DNA from: Bacillota bacterium
Lineage (GTDB): Bacteria > Bacillota > Dethiobacteria > DTU022 > UBA8154
Length of the DNA stretch: 64,000 nucleotides
Direction: 5' to 3'
Assembly (NCBI GenBank): GCA_012728375.1
Contig: JAAYFF010000009.1
Location: forward strand, 8,940-72,939
The position numbers and the translations under genes were made by a program. Shown here piece after piece: positions 17,685 through 27,666 of the stretch; the first letter of the stretch is position 1; every line of letters begins with the position of its first letter. Under the pieces are notes generated by a model. The model made no database searches, was not told the DNA's origin, and was given only the letters and a program-made list of their open reading frames with translations.

Positions 17685-18377
17685 TCAGTTAATAATCCTT
17701 CCATCTACCATTTCAATAATGCGGTCCCCGTGCCTGGCCACCTCAAGATCATGAGTAACCATGAGCAGCGTCTGCCCGTTTTCCCGCACCGTTGAGATGA
17801 GCAGATTAAGGATTTCTTCCGTGGTCCGGGAGTCCAGGTTGCCGGTGGGTTCGTCGGCAAAGATGATCCTGGGGTTGTTGATCATGGCCCTGGCCAAAGA
17901 GATGCGCTGCCGCTGACCGCCGCTGAGCTCATTGGGTTTGTGCTTGAGGCGATCCCCAAGGCCCATGATTGTCAGCAGCTCACGGCCTTTTTCTTCTCTT
18001 TCTTTTTGGGGGACGCCTTCGAAAACCATGGGTAAAATGGCGTTTTCCAGGGCATTCATGGAAGGAATGAGGTTATAAAGCTGAAAGACAAAGCCAATAT
18101 ATTTGCGGCGAAAGGCAGACATCCTTTTTTCGCTGATCTTGTTCAGGTAATGGCCGTCGATGATGATATCTCCCTTGGTGGGGCGTTCCAGGCCTGCGGC
18201 GATATTTAAAAATGTCGTCTTGCCGCAGCCCGATTTTCCCAGGATGCTGACCACTTCTCCGTGGTAAATGTCCAAATTTATTCCGTTTAACACGGAGACT
18301 GCCTGAGTGCCTATGCGGTATTTTTTAATAATTTCTCTAGCCTGAAGAATAGGCTTTGGGGACATGGACTTCACCAC
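17685..18377 (-). CDS. ABC transporter ATP-binding protein (MacB/LolD-like)
   Basis: Walker A GKSGCGKTT, signature LSGGQRQR and Walker B IIFADEPT. Confidence 0.9.
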   Translation of the reverse strand: MVKSMSPKPILQAREIIKKYRIGTQAVSVLNGINLDIYHGEVVSILGKSGCGKTTFLNIAAGLERPTKGDIIIDGHYLNKISEKRMSAFRRKYIGFVFQLYNLIPSMNALENAILPMVFEGVPQKEREEKGRELLTIMGLGDRLKHKPNELSGGQRQRISLARAMINNPRIIFADEPTGNLDSRTTEEILNLLISTVRENGQTLLMVTHDLEVARHGDRIIEMVDGRIIN

Positions 18378-18542
18378 CAGGTTTCTGTTTCCTTATAGAA
18401 GCAAAGAAGGTATTTTTTTACCGGTAATAGTTTACTCTATATCCAAATAGACGGTTAAAATGGAAAATAGTTTCGGCTGTTACTTACGTTCTTATGATAT
18501 AATTTTTGCAGCAGCAGGGACAAATTGGGAGGCTAATAATTA

Positions 18543-20318
18543 ATGAAGGGAACCGCGCGCAGGCGGCTTAAAAGGCTTAAAAAAAGAAAACTGCTTTTTT
18601 TAGCTATAATTTTTGCTCTGGTGCTGTTGCTGCCGGCAGCTTTTTTGTCGCAGGCCGGAAAGGCTTCGTACGATTACGATCTGGTGGTTGCGGGAAGCGA
18701 TCCCGAAGGAATCGCGGCAGCCATCTCCGCGGCCAGGAACGGGTTGAAGGTGCTCCTTGTGGACTGGCGCAGCGAGGTCGGCGGCCTTCTTACCCGCGGC
18801 TGGCTTTGCACCCTGGACATGAATTACGATCCCGCGGGAAACCTGCTCACCCTGGGCATCTTCCAGGAATTTTTTCAGCAGCTGGAAGGGGTTTCTTTTG
18901 ATGTGGTGACCGCGAGGACAGCGCTGGAAAAGATGCTTGCCGCGGAGAAGAATGTTCAGCTTCTTCTCGGGCAGAGGATTGGCGGGGTTTTGCGGAAAAA
19001 GAACCGGGTTGCAGCCGTTCTCCTGGAAAACGGGGAGCGGATTACAGCGGCGCGCTTTATCGATGCCACTCAGGATGCTGACCTGGCTGCCATGGCTGGT
19101 GCCGGTTTTACCCTGGGGATGGAGGATCTGGGCAGCAAGCGGCGACAGGCTGTCACATTGGTGTTGGAAGTTGGAGGCGTTGACTGGGACGAGCTAACCG
19201 CTGCCCTTGCCAAAGATCCCAGTGGGCACAGCGGCGCCTCCGGGACTTCTGCCTGGGGGTTTCTGGAGGAGATGCGGGGTTACCGGTCTGTTGATCCCCG
19301 GATCCGCAGCCGGGGTCTGAATATAAGCCTGCAGAACAGCGGGAATGTCCTTATTAATGCCATGCATATTTTTGGCGTTGATGCCCTTGACCCGAAGTCC
19401 TGGGAAGAGGCCCTGGAAAGGGGACAAAAGGAGGCGGAATTCCTCGTCCGCTACATGCGGCAGAACCTGCCGGGTTTTAAGGGCGCGTTTCTGGCTGGTA
19501 CGGCCCCGGAACTGTACGTGCGGGAGACGAGGCACCTGCAAGGTCTTTACCGGCTCACCATTGACGACGTCCTGGAACACAGGAATTTTTGGGACAAGAT
19601 TGCCCTTGGCTCTTACCCTGTGGATGTTCAGGCTACGGCGATGGATGACTGGGGGGCGGTAGTGGGCAACCCGGCTATGTACAGCATACCGCTGCGCTGC
19701 CTGATTCCTGGGGAGCTTACGAACCTGCTGGTGGTAGGCCGCGGGGCCAGCTACGATTCGCTGGCTCACGGCAGCGCCCGCGTCGTCCCCGTGGGGATAG
19801 CCGTGGGAGAGGCAGCCGGGGTTGCCGCGGCCATCTCCCTGGAAAAAGGGGTGAATTTTCACGAGCTGAGCAAAGACAAAAGCCTTGTGGCTTCCCTGCA
19901 GGAGCGGCTTAAAGAACAAGGCGCGTACCTGCGGGATTTTGAGTTTCCCTATGCGCTGGAAGGCCATCCCCTTTATCCCGTGATCAGGGAACTGCGCGCC
20001 TACGGCCTGGTGACGGGGCGCTACGACAATGATTACCGCCTGGAGGAGCCCGCTTGTCTGCGGGATATTTCCCTGGTAATAGACGGGTACCTGGAGAGGG
20101 CTCTGCAATACAAATTCCGGGCAAGGAATCTTTCACAGGAACAGCGCGAGGCTGCTGTAGAAGACCTGCTTTGGTTTTTGGAGGGGATTGAAGGGGCTGA
20201 TCCAGGAGCTTTAGGATTAGATGAACTTTTGGTAAAATATGGATTCTGTCAGGGAAGAACCCTTTACCGGGGGGAAACTTTCGCTTTCCTGCTGGAGTTT
20301 TTGCAGCGGCTTAACTAA
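18543..20318 (+). CDS. FAD-dependent oxidoreductase (PF12831-like), N-terminal signal/anchor
   Basis: DLVVAGSDPEGIAAAISAARNG dinucleotide-binding motif and a hydrophobic N-terminus. Confidence 0.65.
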   Translation: MKGTARRRLKRLKKRKLLFLAIIFALVLLLPAAFLSQAGKASYDYDLVVAGSDPEGIAAAISAARNGLKVLLVDWRSEVGGLLTRGWLCTLDMNYDPAGNLLTLGIFQEFFQQLEGVSFDVVTARTALEKMLAAEKNVQLLLGQRIGGVLRKKNRVAAVLLENGERITAARFIDATQDADLAAMAGAGFTLGMEDLGSKRRQAVTLVLEVGGVDWDELTAALAKDPSGHSGASGTSAWGFLEEMRGYRSVDPRIRSRGLNISLQNSGNVLINAMHIFGVDALDPKSWEEALERGQKEAEFLVRYMRQNLPGFKGAFLAGTAPELYVRETRHLQGLYRLTIDDVLEHRNFWDKIALGSYPVDVQATAMDDWGAVVGNPAMYSIPLRCLIPGELTNLLVVGRGASYDSLAHGSARVVPVGIAVGEAAGVAAAISLEKGVNFHELSKDKSLVASLQERLKEQGAYLRDFEFPYALEGHPLYPVIRELRAYGLVTGRYDNDYRLEEPACLRDISLVIDGYLERALQYKFRARNLSQEQREAAVEDLLWFLEGIEGADPGALGLDELLVKYGFCQGRTLYRGETFAFLLEFLQRLN

Positions 20319-20321
20319 GGT

Positions 20322-20352
20322 TCGGGGACACACCTCTTTCAGAGGAATGTCC
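20322..20352. repeat. Solo copy of the family-B 28-bp hairpin repeat (GGGACACACCTCTTTCAGAGGAATGTCC)
   Basis: Identical to the array unit. It lies 4 nt after the stop of the FAD oxidoreductase gene. Confidence 0.9.
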
Positions 20353-20456
20353 TTCAATTCAAGTGAGCAGTTACAAATATTGTTTTAAATATTGAATTTT
20401 TGCAAACCATTTTCTCTGTTTGATCGTCATAATTAGGTAGAAGGTGGAGAAAAGGA

Positions 20457-21878
20457 ATGATAAATGTTACTTTGAAACACCGTTTTAAAAAGGCGGTTGC
20501 CGTGCTGCTGCTACTGCTGCTACAGTTGCTGCTGCTTGGCTATCCTTCTACCGCGCTGCTTGGGCAGAATGAAAAAACCCTTTTGCAGGAAATTGAAAGT
20601 TATATAAAAAGCTATTACATATACAAGCCGGATGAAAAATATTTTCCCCTTCAATCCCTGGAAGAGCTTCCGAAAGTTTTTCAAGATCCCTATTCAACTT
20701 ATCTTGACAGGGAAGGAATGAAGATTTTTAAAGAAGGCCTGGAACGGTTTCTTCCTGGGGGCATCGGTATTTCCCTGGAGCAAAAAGGGTCACAATTTTT
20801 TGTAATAGCGGTTTTTCCCGGCACACCCGCTGATCGGGCGGGGATCAAGAGCGGGGATATGATTGTCTCTGTGAACGGCAGCCCGGTTTTCAATCTTAGC
20901 CTTGAAGAGGTTGTTACCCGGGTCCGCGGGGAAAAGGGAACAGGAGTCAGGCTTTGCGTTCGCCGGAATGAGCAAATTCTTGCCTTTGAAATGACCCGTG
21001 AGAAGATCTCCCTTCCGCTGGTGGAGTATACCTGGGCGGATGAGGGGATTGCCCTTTTAAAAATCTACAGCTTTGGTGACGGGCTGGTTAAAGAAACGGT
21101 TCGCCTGCTGGAGGAGCTGAAGGCAAAAGGGTTGCGGGGACTTATCCTTGATCTGCGGAATAACCAGGGAGGATATGTGGAAGAGGCCCTGGCAATGTGC
21201 TCTCTTTTTACGGACGGAGTTCTCCTGAAAATTAGGGAAAAGGACTCTTCGTGGCAGGAGGTCCGGGGGCCGGAGATGGGGGAAACCCTTTCAATTCCCG
21301 CGGTCGTCCTGGTAAATGGTTGGACCGCCAGTGCCGGGGAAATTATGGCTTCAGCCCTGAAGGAGAACAGGGCTGCCCTCCTGGTGGGGGAAACGACTTT
21401 TGGCAAGGGAACGATGCAGACCCTTTTCGACCTGGGAGAGGAGGGCTGCCTGAAACTGACCACAGCCGAATTTACTTCTCCGCAGGGACGAACAATAGAA
21501 GGCAGGGGCATAGAACCGCAGTATCTGGTGCCTTTAGCCGGCGATCAGCTCCCGCTGGCCCTGAAGCTTTTGCACTGCAGGCTTAAAGCCGGAAAGGAAG
21601 ATGCCTTGTTCAAACCTGTCCGCATAAACGGCCGTGCATACTATCCTCTGCGCGCAGTTTTGCTGCAGACCGGACGGGGGATTGCCGCGGGGGATTCTCC
21701 GGGCGTTTACCTTTTTTACTGGGACAACATCCTTTACCGCCTGGATCTTCGCAAGAGCCTTCTCAGCTGGGAGGACCATACGGGAGAGGCACGGAACATG
21801 AAGGTTCTTTACCATCAGGGTATTACCTATGTGCAGGGAGGGTTTCTGGCAGAAGCCCTGGGACTGCCGATTAATTAA
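20457..21878 (+). CDS. S41 family C-terminal processing peptidase with PDZ domain and C-terminal copper-amine-oxidase-N-terminal-like domain
   Basis: PDZ (GIKSGDMIVSVNG) plus the S41 catalytic region (VLVNGWTASAGEI...TFGKG). The C-terminal roughly 90 aa resemble a Cu_amine_oxidN1 fold. Confidence 0.75.
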   Translation: MINVTLKHRFKKAVAVLLLLLLQLLLLGYPSTALLGQNEKTLLQEIESYIKSYYIYKPDEKYFPLQSLEELPKVFQDPYSTYLDREGMKIFKEGLERFLPGGIGISLEQKGSQFFVIAVFPGTPADRAGIKSGDMIVSVNGSPVFNLSLEEVVTRVRGEKGTGVRLCVRRNEQILAFEMTREKISLPLVEYTWADEGIALLKIYSFGDGLVKETVRLLEELKAKGLRGLILDLRNNQGGYVEEALAMCSLFTDGVLLKIREKDSSWQEVRGPEMGETLSIPAVVLVNGWTASAGEIMASALKENRAALLVGETTFGKGTMQTLFDLGEEGCLKLTTAEFTSPQGRTIEGRGIEPQYLVPLAGDQLPLALKLLHCRLKAGKEDALFKPVRINGRAYYPLRAVLLQTGRGIAAGDSPGVYLFYWDNILYRLDLRKSLLSWEDHTGEARNMKVLYHQGITYVQGGFLAEALGLPIN

Positions 21879-21948
21879 AAAAGTATTGGTATTAGCCTAG
21901 CCTAGCCGTAAGCAAAGGAAAGGGGAGGGGCCTGAAACGGGCAATTTT

Positions 21949-22917
21949 TTGAAAGTGGGTGAAGTATTGTTCCGGGGGCGAAATTTTTTGAAAAGAAATC
22001 ATTTCCTTTTATATCGCTTTTTTTTCCCGCCGGTGTTGCTGCTGGGGGCTATACTTTTTTCTGCCGGTGGGGCTTCTGTCGAGGGCGGGGATGTTCTGCC
22101 GGCAGACAAGGGGTTGCCTTCCGCGCTTACTTCCCCAGTTCAGGAGGAAAGCCCTGTTTTTCCCCTGCGGCGCATTTTTAAAGAGATGGGCTATGAAGTG
22201 TGCTGGGAAGCGGAAAACAAGCGGGCAGTCCTGACGGGCCGAGGGCGCCGCATCGTTCTCTATCCGCAAAACCCCCTTTACTCCATTAACGGGGTTGTCT
22301 ACCGCATGGCCAGGCCGCCTTTTCTTGAAGGAGGGCGGCTGATGGTGGATTTGGAATTTGTCCGCCAAGCTGCCGGGGTCAGCGAGCTGTTTTGGGACGA
22401 AGCCAGGGATCTCCTGGAGATTAGCTTTAAAGAAGACGAAAGAATGTGGAACCCTAAAGATGCTTATCCGCAGGGAGCTTCGGAGAAGTGTCCCACCTGG
22501 TTTTTGGAGGTTCTTCTACCGGAAGAAAACCGGGCAGAGATTGGCGAAAGTTTTACAATCGAGATTGGAGCTCCTTTTGTTGAAGGAATTCATTCCTACG
22601 AAGTACGCTTTTTCTTTAACCCGGAACTGATTAAGGTTCAAGACATTAAAAACCCTTCTTACCGCGAATCCGAAGAATTTTGCATGAAAGAGATCAATAA
22701 CCGGGAAGGGATAGCAGAATATACGCAGACGAATTTGGGGTTTAAGGCGGATATTCCTCCCCGGAGGACGCTGGTTGTCTTGGAGGCCGTCGGCTTTAGC
22801 GAAGGTGCCGTTCCCCTGAGCAGGGAAACGCTGCATGTTGAGTTGCAGGATAATACCGCGACGAAAATCCCTGCGGCTGTGGAAGAGAAAACTCTCCATA
22901 TCTGTGCCCCCCGTTAA
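21949..22917 (+). CDS. Secreted hypothetical protein with copper-amine-oxidase-N-terminal-like domain and a cohesin/Ig-like C-terminal domain
   Basis: Hydrophobic N-terminus. The segment PLRRIFKEMGYEVCWEAENKRAVL...VDLEFVRQAAGV is Cu_amine_oxidN1-like. The TTG start at 21949 is uncertain. Confidence 0.45.
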   Translation: MKVGEVLFRGRNFLKRNHFLLYRFFFPPVLLLGAILFSAGGASVEGGDVLPADKGLPSALTSPVQEESPVFPLRRIFKEMGYEVCWEAENKRAVLTGRGRRIVLYPQNPLYSINGVVYRMARPPFLEGGRLMVDLEFVRQAAGVSELFWDEARDLLEISFKEDERMWNPKDAYPQGASEKCPTWFLEVLLPEENRAEIGESFTIEIGAPFVEGIHSYEVRFFFNPELIKVQDIKNPSYRESEEFCMKEINNREGIAEYTQTNLGFKADIPPRRTLVVLEAVGFSEGAVPLSRETLHVELQDNTATKIPAAVEEKTLHICAPR

Positions 22918-22959
22918 CCGGATTTAAAACCTTGCCCGGAAAAGGAGCCGATAGATATC

Positions 22960-24390
22960 ATGAAGCGCATAAGTTTGCCCGGGATTATAGTTGTAATTAT
23001 TATGTTTATACTTTTTTCCCCGCCCCTCGCCGGTCGTGGAGATGCTGCAGGAAACAGGGATTTTTTAGGCGTTCTTGCTTTCCGGCCGGAGCTTCGCATT
23101 TTTATTAATGATCTGGAGATGGAGACGGAAACCCCACCGCCTTTGCTGAAAGGGCACGTTTATTTGCCCGGGCGTTTTTTCTTGGAAGCCCTTGGGGCCA
23201 TGGTGAACTGGGAGCCGGCGACGCGAACCGTGACAGCGGTTTGGGGGGAGAAAAGCCTTAAATTTTCCGTAGGGGAAACGGAAGCCCTACTTAAGGGTGC
23301 ACATGTGCAGCCGGAGGCGCCTGCCGTACTAATTGCGGGCCGGGTATATCTTCCCCTGCGCGAGCTAATAGAGTCTTTGGGGGGAGATGTTTACTGGGAC
23401 GGGAAGGAAAACAGGGTGAATATTACCCTGGAGGAAGCTGCTGTAATTCCCTTTCTTGCAGGCGATCTGCCGCCGGAATATTTCCCGGGCAAAGGCGATC
23501 CGTACAGCGGAATTGATTTTACGGTAGAAACACAGGGTATCCGTTTGGGAGAGACTGACTTGCGGGTCCGGCAGGTCCTGGGAGAACCCGCGGGCTTTGA
23601 AGAGACTGTTTATGGCTATCAGTGGTGGGTTTATAACAGGGACCCGCTCAACTATATGCTGGTGGGTATCAAAGATGCAAGGGCTGTAGCCCTGTATATT
23701 TATGGGGAGCAGTGGTCCTTTGGCCCGGTGAAGGCTGGAGACGGGCTGCAGGAGCTGAAAAAGCATTTTAAGCCGGCGGATGGTTTGTACCTGGAGGAAA
23801 ACAGGACGTTTTACAAGTACGTCCGGCCTGCCCTTGTTTTTCCCGGTCTGGTGGCGTCCTTTTATTATGATTCCGGTAAAAAGAACGCGCTGGTGGCGCT
23901 GCGCCTGGAAGAGCGGGAAACAGCCGAGGAAAGATTAAAAAATTTCTTCCGGTTTCGTTCTGCAAAAGGGGATCGCGAGGCATGGGACGCGGGCAGGATG
24001 CTCCGCGCGGAGGCAGCCGATGAACGGATTCTTTTTGACCTGGTCAATGGGGCGCGGGCCAGGGAAGGCCTTCCTTCCTTGCTTTGGCACGATGGGGCTG
24101 CAAACGCGGCGCGGGGGCACAGCAAGGAGATGTACCTGCACAATTATTTCAACCATGTTTCGGAGGTAACGGGGAAAACTCTTGCACAGCGACTGGATGC
24201 AGAAAAGGTCGACTTTGTGCTGGCAGCGGAAAATATTGCCCGGGGCCAAATGGATGCCGTGGAGGCGCACCACGACCTGATGAACAGCCCCGAGCACCGC
24301 AAAAATATTCTGAACCCTGAACTTTCCTCTCTCGGTGCCGGTGTTTACGGGGATTGTTTTACGCAGAACTATGTAACATTGAGGCAGTAA
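22960..24390 (+). CDS. Secreted CAP (SCP/PR1-like) domain protein with copper-amine-oxidase-N-terminal-like repeats
   Basis: Signal peptide, two Cu_amine_oxidN1-like modules and a C-terminal CAP domain (GHSKEMYLHNYFNH...HHDLMNSPEHRKNIL). Confidence 0.6.
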   Translation: MKRISLPGIIVVIIMFILFSPPLAGRGDAAGNRDFLGVLAFRPELRIFINDLEMETETPPPLLKGHVYLPGRFFLEALGAMVNWEPATRTVTAVWGEKSLKFSVGETEALLKGAHVQPEAPAVLIAGRVYLPLRELIESLGGDVYWDGKENRVNITLEEAAVIPFLAGDLPPEYFPGKGDPYSGIDFTVETQGIRLGETDLRVRQVLGEPAGFEETVYGYQWWVYNRDPLNYMLVGIKDARAVALYIYGEQWSFGPVKAGDGLQELKKHFKPADGLYLEENRTFYKYVRPALVFPGLVASFYYDSGKKNALVALRLEERETAEERLKNFFRFRSAKGDREAWDAGRMLRAEAADERILFDLVNGARAREGLPSLLWHDGAANAARGHSKEMYLHNYFNHVSEVTGKTLAQRLDAEKVDFVLAAENIARGQMDAVEAHHDLMNSPEHRKNILNPELSSLGAGVYGDCFTQNYVTLRQ

Positions 24391-24470
24391 TGTATCAAGG
24401 CGAAAAGATGACGGTAATCACGGCAGACAGAAAATTCGTTTAATCCGTTTAATAAGGGAGGTTAACCGAT

Positions 24471-25760
24471 TTGGTTTTTGGTAGCTTTGTTAAAGAGAAA
24501 TTTGTCTTGGTGATGCGCTTTCTTCTTCCGGCTCTTTCCGTTTTTCTTTTGTTGACTGCTTTTTCCTGTTCCCCGGGCGGGGATCTTAAGGGTTCAGGCA
24601 GCCATGAGGATAAGTCTGGCTTCTTAACCGGTTCTGATGAAACGGAAGAAAAAGATCCTCATCAAAATGATGACTTTAATGGCAAACTTAATGACCATGG
24701 CGAAGCTAATAATGAAGGGCAAGATTCTTCTTTTTTTAAAATGCTTGTGCCGGATGGCGCATTGCACAGGGTTGAAGGACTACCAGAATATTTTTTGGCT
24801 GAAGGGTGGATCGATGAAGAAAACTTTTTCGGCTTGACGGGAACCCATTGCCTATCTGTCAGCTTGTTGGGAAAGGGAACACGCTCCTTGGTGAAAAACG
24901 CCTGGAGCGCCCAGGTTTCTCCGGACGGGCGAAAATTATCTTACCTGGATGAAAACGGGATTAATCAGATAAATACTGATGGGAGCGGCCATAAATTTCT
25001 CTGGCCGGAAGGCGAGTCCGGCTCCCCTTTCCTGGAGGGCAGGCCTGCAGGAGGCATCTGGTCGCCGGATGGAGAAAAAATTCTCTGCTGGTACGAACAT
25101 GAATGGGATTGCGACTTTTTTTGCCTGAGGCCGGGCAACAATCATCTGCAAGCCCTCAATACGGCCATGGAAGGGTATTTTCTCGCCTCGCCTGCAGGAT
25201 GGATTGATGATTCCCGGTTGCTTTTCAACATACGGGCCAGCCGTAAAAAAGACGGGACTCAGGAATATTCCCTCGGATACCGCTGCGATCTGGCGGTCTA
25301 TGATCTTTCGGCCGGCACCTTTGAAATGATTACCGGTGCCGAGGATGGCGAATTTATTGAAGCAGCGGATTTAAGCCCTTCGATGATCGCTTTTAGAAGG
25401 TATTATGGTGAGGCCGCGGACCTCACGCACGGGGTAATGGATTACTCCGGGCGGGTTTTGTGGGAAAAGGACCTGGGGCGGGTTTTAAGCCTGTCTTTGT
25501 CTCCCGATGAGAAAAAGATTGCCTATCTGGTGGAAGAAGCAGCATCAGCAGCAGATTCCAACGCCGCGGTCAAACTTGTTGTCAAAGAAGGGGCGCAAGA
25601 AAAAGAGGTTGCTTCTCTTCTTGTAGGAGATCATTTAAAAGGGCCTTTCTGGTCACCTGCCGGTGACAGCATTTTGCTCAGCTTCTCCTCACGTTTGCCG
25701 GCTGAGGATTCGGCCGGTTCGTTGCTGACGCATTATACCACCCTCATCATTCTCCCTTAG
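24471..25760 (+). CDS. Lipoprotein with beta-propeller (PD40/TolB-like WxxDG repeats)
   Basis: Lipobox LLTAFSC. WSPDGEKI and WSPAGDSI repeats. The TTG start has an AAGGGAGG RBS. Confidence 0.55.
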   Translation: MVFGSFVKEKFVLVMRFLLPALSVFLLLTAFSCSPGGDLKGSGSHEDKSGFLTGSDETEEKDPHQNDDFNGKLNDHGEANNEGQDSSFFKMLVPDGALHRVEGLPEYFLAEGWIDEENFFGLTGTHCLSVSLLGKGTRSLVKNAWSAQVSPDGRKLSYLDENGINQINTDGSGHKFLWPEGESGSPFLEGRPAGGIWSPDGEKILCWYEHEWDCDFFCLRPGNNHLQALNTAMEGYFLASPAGWIDDSRLLFNIRASRKKDGTQEYSLGYRCDLAVYDLSAGTFEMITGAEDGEFIEAADLSPSMIAFRRYYGEAADLTHGVMDYSGRVLWEKDLGRVLSLSLSPDEKKIAYLVEEAASAADSNAAVKLVVKEGAQEKEVASLLVGDHLKGPFWSPAGDSILLSFSSRLPAEDSAGSLLTHYTTLIILP

Positions 25761-25831
25761 GATAAGGCAAAAGAAAGTTATATTGTCTCTTCTTCGGGGA
25801 TGAGGTATAATGTTTTTCGTTGGCGTAAATA

Positions 25832-26812
25832 ATGGCTGTTAATGAATTCGGAAAGGATCTGAAAGAATTTATGGGAAAAAGAAGAAAGCGGAGAAAGGGG
25901 TCCGGAATTCAAAAGTTTCTACTCATTACCGTATCTGTTCTGGCTGTAATCATTATTGCCTCAGGCATCTGGTTGAGTTCCATGTGGGGTCAAATCTACG
26001 AAGTGGTGATGCCTAAAAATAACGGAGTAATCCCCGCTCCGGAGCATGAAGAGGACGTAGCCATTCCCGATATTATGAACATCCTTCTTTTAGGCTTGGA
26101 TCCCAGGGATCAGAGTATGCGCTCCGATACTATTATGATCCTGACCTTGAACCGCCGGTCCGGTGAGATTAGCATTTTTTCCATTCCGCGGGATATGCGC
26201 GTAAGAATTCCCGGCTATGGACAGGACAAGATCAACCATGCCTATGCTTACGGAGGCGTTGCTTTGACCAGGGAGACCGTGGAGGATTTCCTCGATATAA
26301 AAATAGATTATTATATGACTACCGATTTTGACGGTTTCGAAAATATTATCGACATCCTCGGTGGTATTGAGCTTGATGTTGAGAAAAAAATGTATTACAA
26401 GGGGATCGATGTGCTAATCGATTTAAAACCGGGTCTGCAGCACCTGGACGGAGCCCAGGCGCTGCAATATGTCCGCTGGCGCAGCGACAGCGAAGCTGAT
26501 TTCGGGCGCGTCAAGCGCCAGCAGAAGTTTCTCAAGGCGCTGCTGCAGGAAATGATTGCTTTTAAAAATATCATTAAATTTCCGCGGCTTTTGCCGGAGA
26601 TTGCTGAAAATATAAAAACCGACCTGGAATTGAACCAGGCGATTTTATTGGTTAACAAGCTTAAGGGCGTGGATTTTGAGCAAATCAATACCTTTACTCT
26701 TCCGGGGAGGGGCGGAGAAATTAACGGCGTCAGCTATGTTATTCCCCAGGAAGAGGAGATCCGCGATCTGGTGGAAAAATATATGAAAAACAGCCGGGTC
26801 GAGCCCTCTTAA
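25832..26812 (+). CDS. LCP (LytR-CpsA-Psr) family cell-wall polymer ligase
   Basis: N-terminal TM and an LCP core (ILLLGLD...R.DTIM...N.AYA...L.YVR.R). Confidence 0.8.
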   Translation: MAVNEFGKDLKEFMGKRRKRRKGSGIQKFLLITVSVLAVIIIASGIWLSSMWGQIYEVVMPKNNGVIPAPEHEEDVAIPDIMNILLLGLDPRDQSMRSDTIMILTLNRRSGEISIFSIPRDMRVRIPGYGQDKINHAYAYGGVALTRETVEDFLDIKIDYYMTTDFDGFENIIDILGGIELDVEKKMYYKGIDVLIDLKPGLQHLDGAQALQYVRWRSDSEADFGRVKRQQKFLKALLQEMIAFKNIIKFPRLLPEIAENIKTDLELNQAILLVNKLKGVDFEQINTFTLPGRGGEINGVSYVIPQEEEIRDLVEKYMKNSRVEPS

Positions 26813-26822
26813 AAGGTGAATC

Positions 26823-27596
26823 ATGTCGAATCATTTGCCGGATAAAGTAAATGCAAAAAAAAATGAGGCCGCCCGCATCCGCATCCTTGGGCGGCCTGTT
26901 GACTGCCTGACCGGTGATGCGGCTGTGGGGAGGATCATGCGGGCGTGGAAGGAGAAAACATTTCTTCATGTTGTTACCGCTAATGCGGAAATGATCTACC
27001 AGAGCACCCGTGACGGGGAACTGGCAGCAATAATTGAAGAGGCCGGGCTGGTTACAGCAGACGGTATTGGTGTGGTTCTGGCTTCGCGCCTTTTAGGCAG
27101 GCCTGTTCCTGAACGGGTGGCTGGTTATGATTTGATGCTGGAATGTCTGAAACAGGCTGCCCGCCAAAAGGTTCCGGTTTTTTTCTTTGGGGCTCGTCCC
27201 GAAGTCCTGCAGGAGGCTGTTGCGGCTGCTGTCCGCAGGTTTCCCGGATTACGGGTGGTGGGAAGCAGGGACGGCTATTTCGGCGAAGAGGAAGAAGAAG
27301 GGATTGCACACCTGATCTCACAGCAGAAACCGGGACTTTTGCTGGTGGCCATGGGTGTTCCCAAACAGGAAAAATGGATCTTCCGCTTTCGGGACATGCT
27401 CCCCCCCTGCGTTGCCATTGGGGTTGGGGGGAGCTTTGACGTACTTTCCGGTAAGGTCCGCCGGGCACCGTCCTGGGTGCAGCGCGCGGGGCTGGAATGG
27501 CTTTACCGCATTGCCCGTGAGCCTTCACGTCTGAAAAGGGCGGCAAATCTTCCCCTTTTTCTCCTGTCCGTGCTGTTGCAGGTTCTACGGCGGTGA
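26823..27596 (+). CDS. tagA: WecB/TagA/CpsF family glycosyltransferase
   Basis: Typical TagA length and motifs (VVTANAEM, VFFFGARPEV, GVPKQEKWI). Confidence 0.8.
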   Translation: MSNHLPDKVNAKKNEAARIRILGRPVDCLTGDAAVGRIMRAWKEKTFLHVVTANAEMIYQSTRDGELAAIIEEAGLVTADGIGVVLASRLLGRPVPERVAGYDLMLECLKQAARQKVPVFFFGARPEVLQEAVAAAVRRFPGLRVVGSRDGYFGEEEEEGIAHLISQQKPGLLLVAMGVPKQEKWIFRFRDMLPPCVAIGVGGSFDVLSGKVRRAPSWVQRAGLEWLYRIAREPSRLKRAANLPLFLLSVLLQVLRR

Positions 27597-27666
27597 AGCA
27601 TAGGGACGGTTCTCCTGCTTCAAGAAAAAGAAAAGGTGAAGCAAAAGAACCGTCCCCGTGCTTCAC
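27593..27666. repeat. Paired-hairpin inverted repeat element (family A), copy 2: 30-bp arms (4 mismatches), 13-nt A-rich spacer
   Basis: gtgaagcatagggacggttctcctgcttca ... gtgaagcaaaagaaccgtccccgtgcttcac. It overlaps the stop codons of both convergent genes, tagA and the dehydrogenase. Confidence 0.9.
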
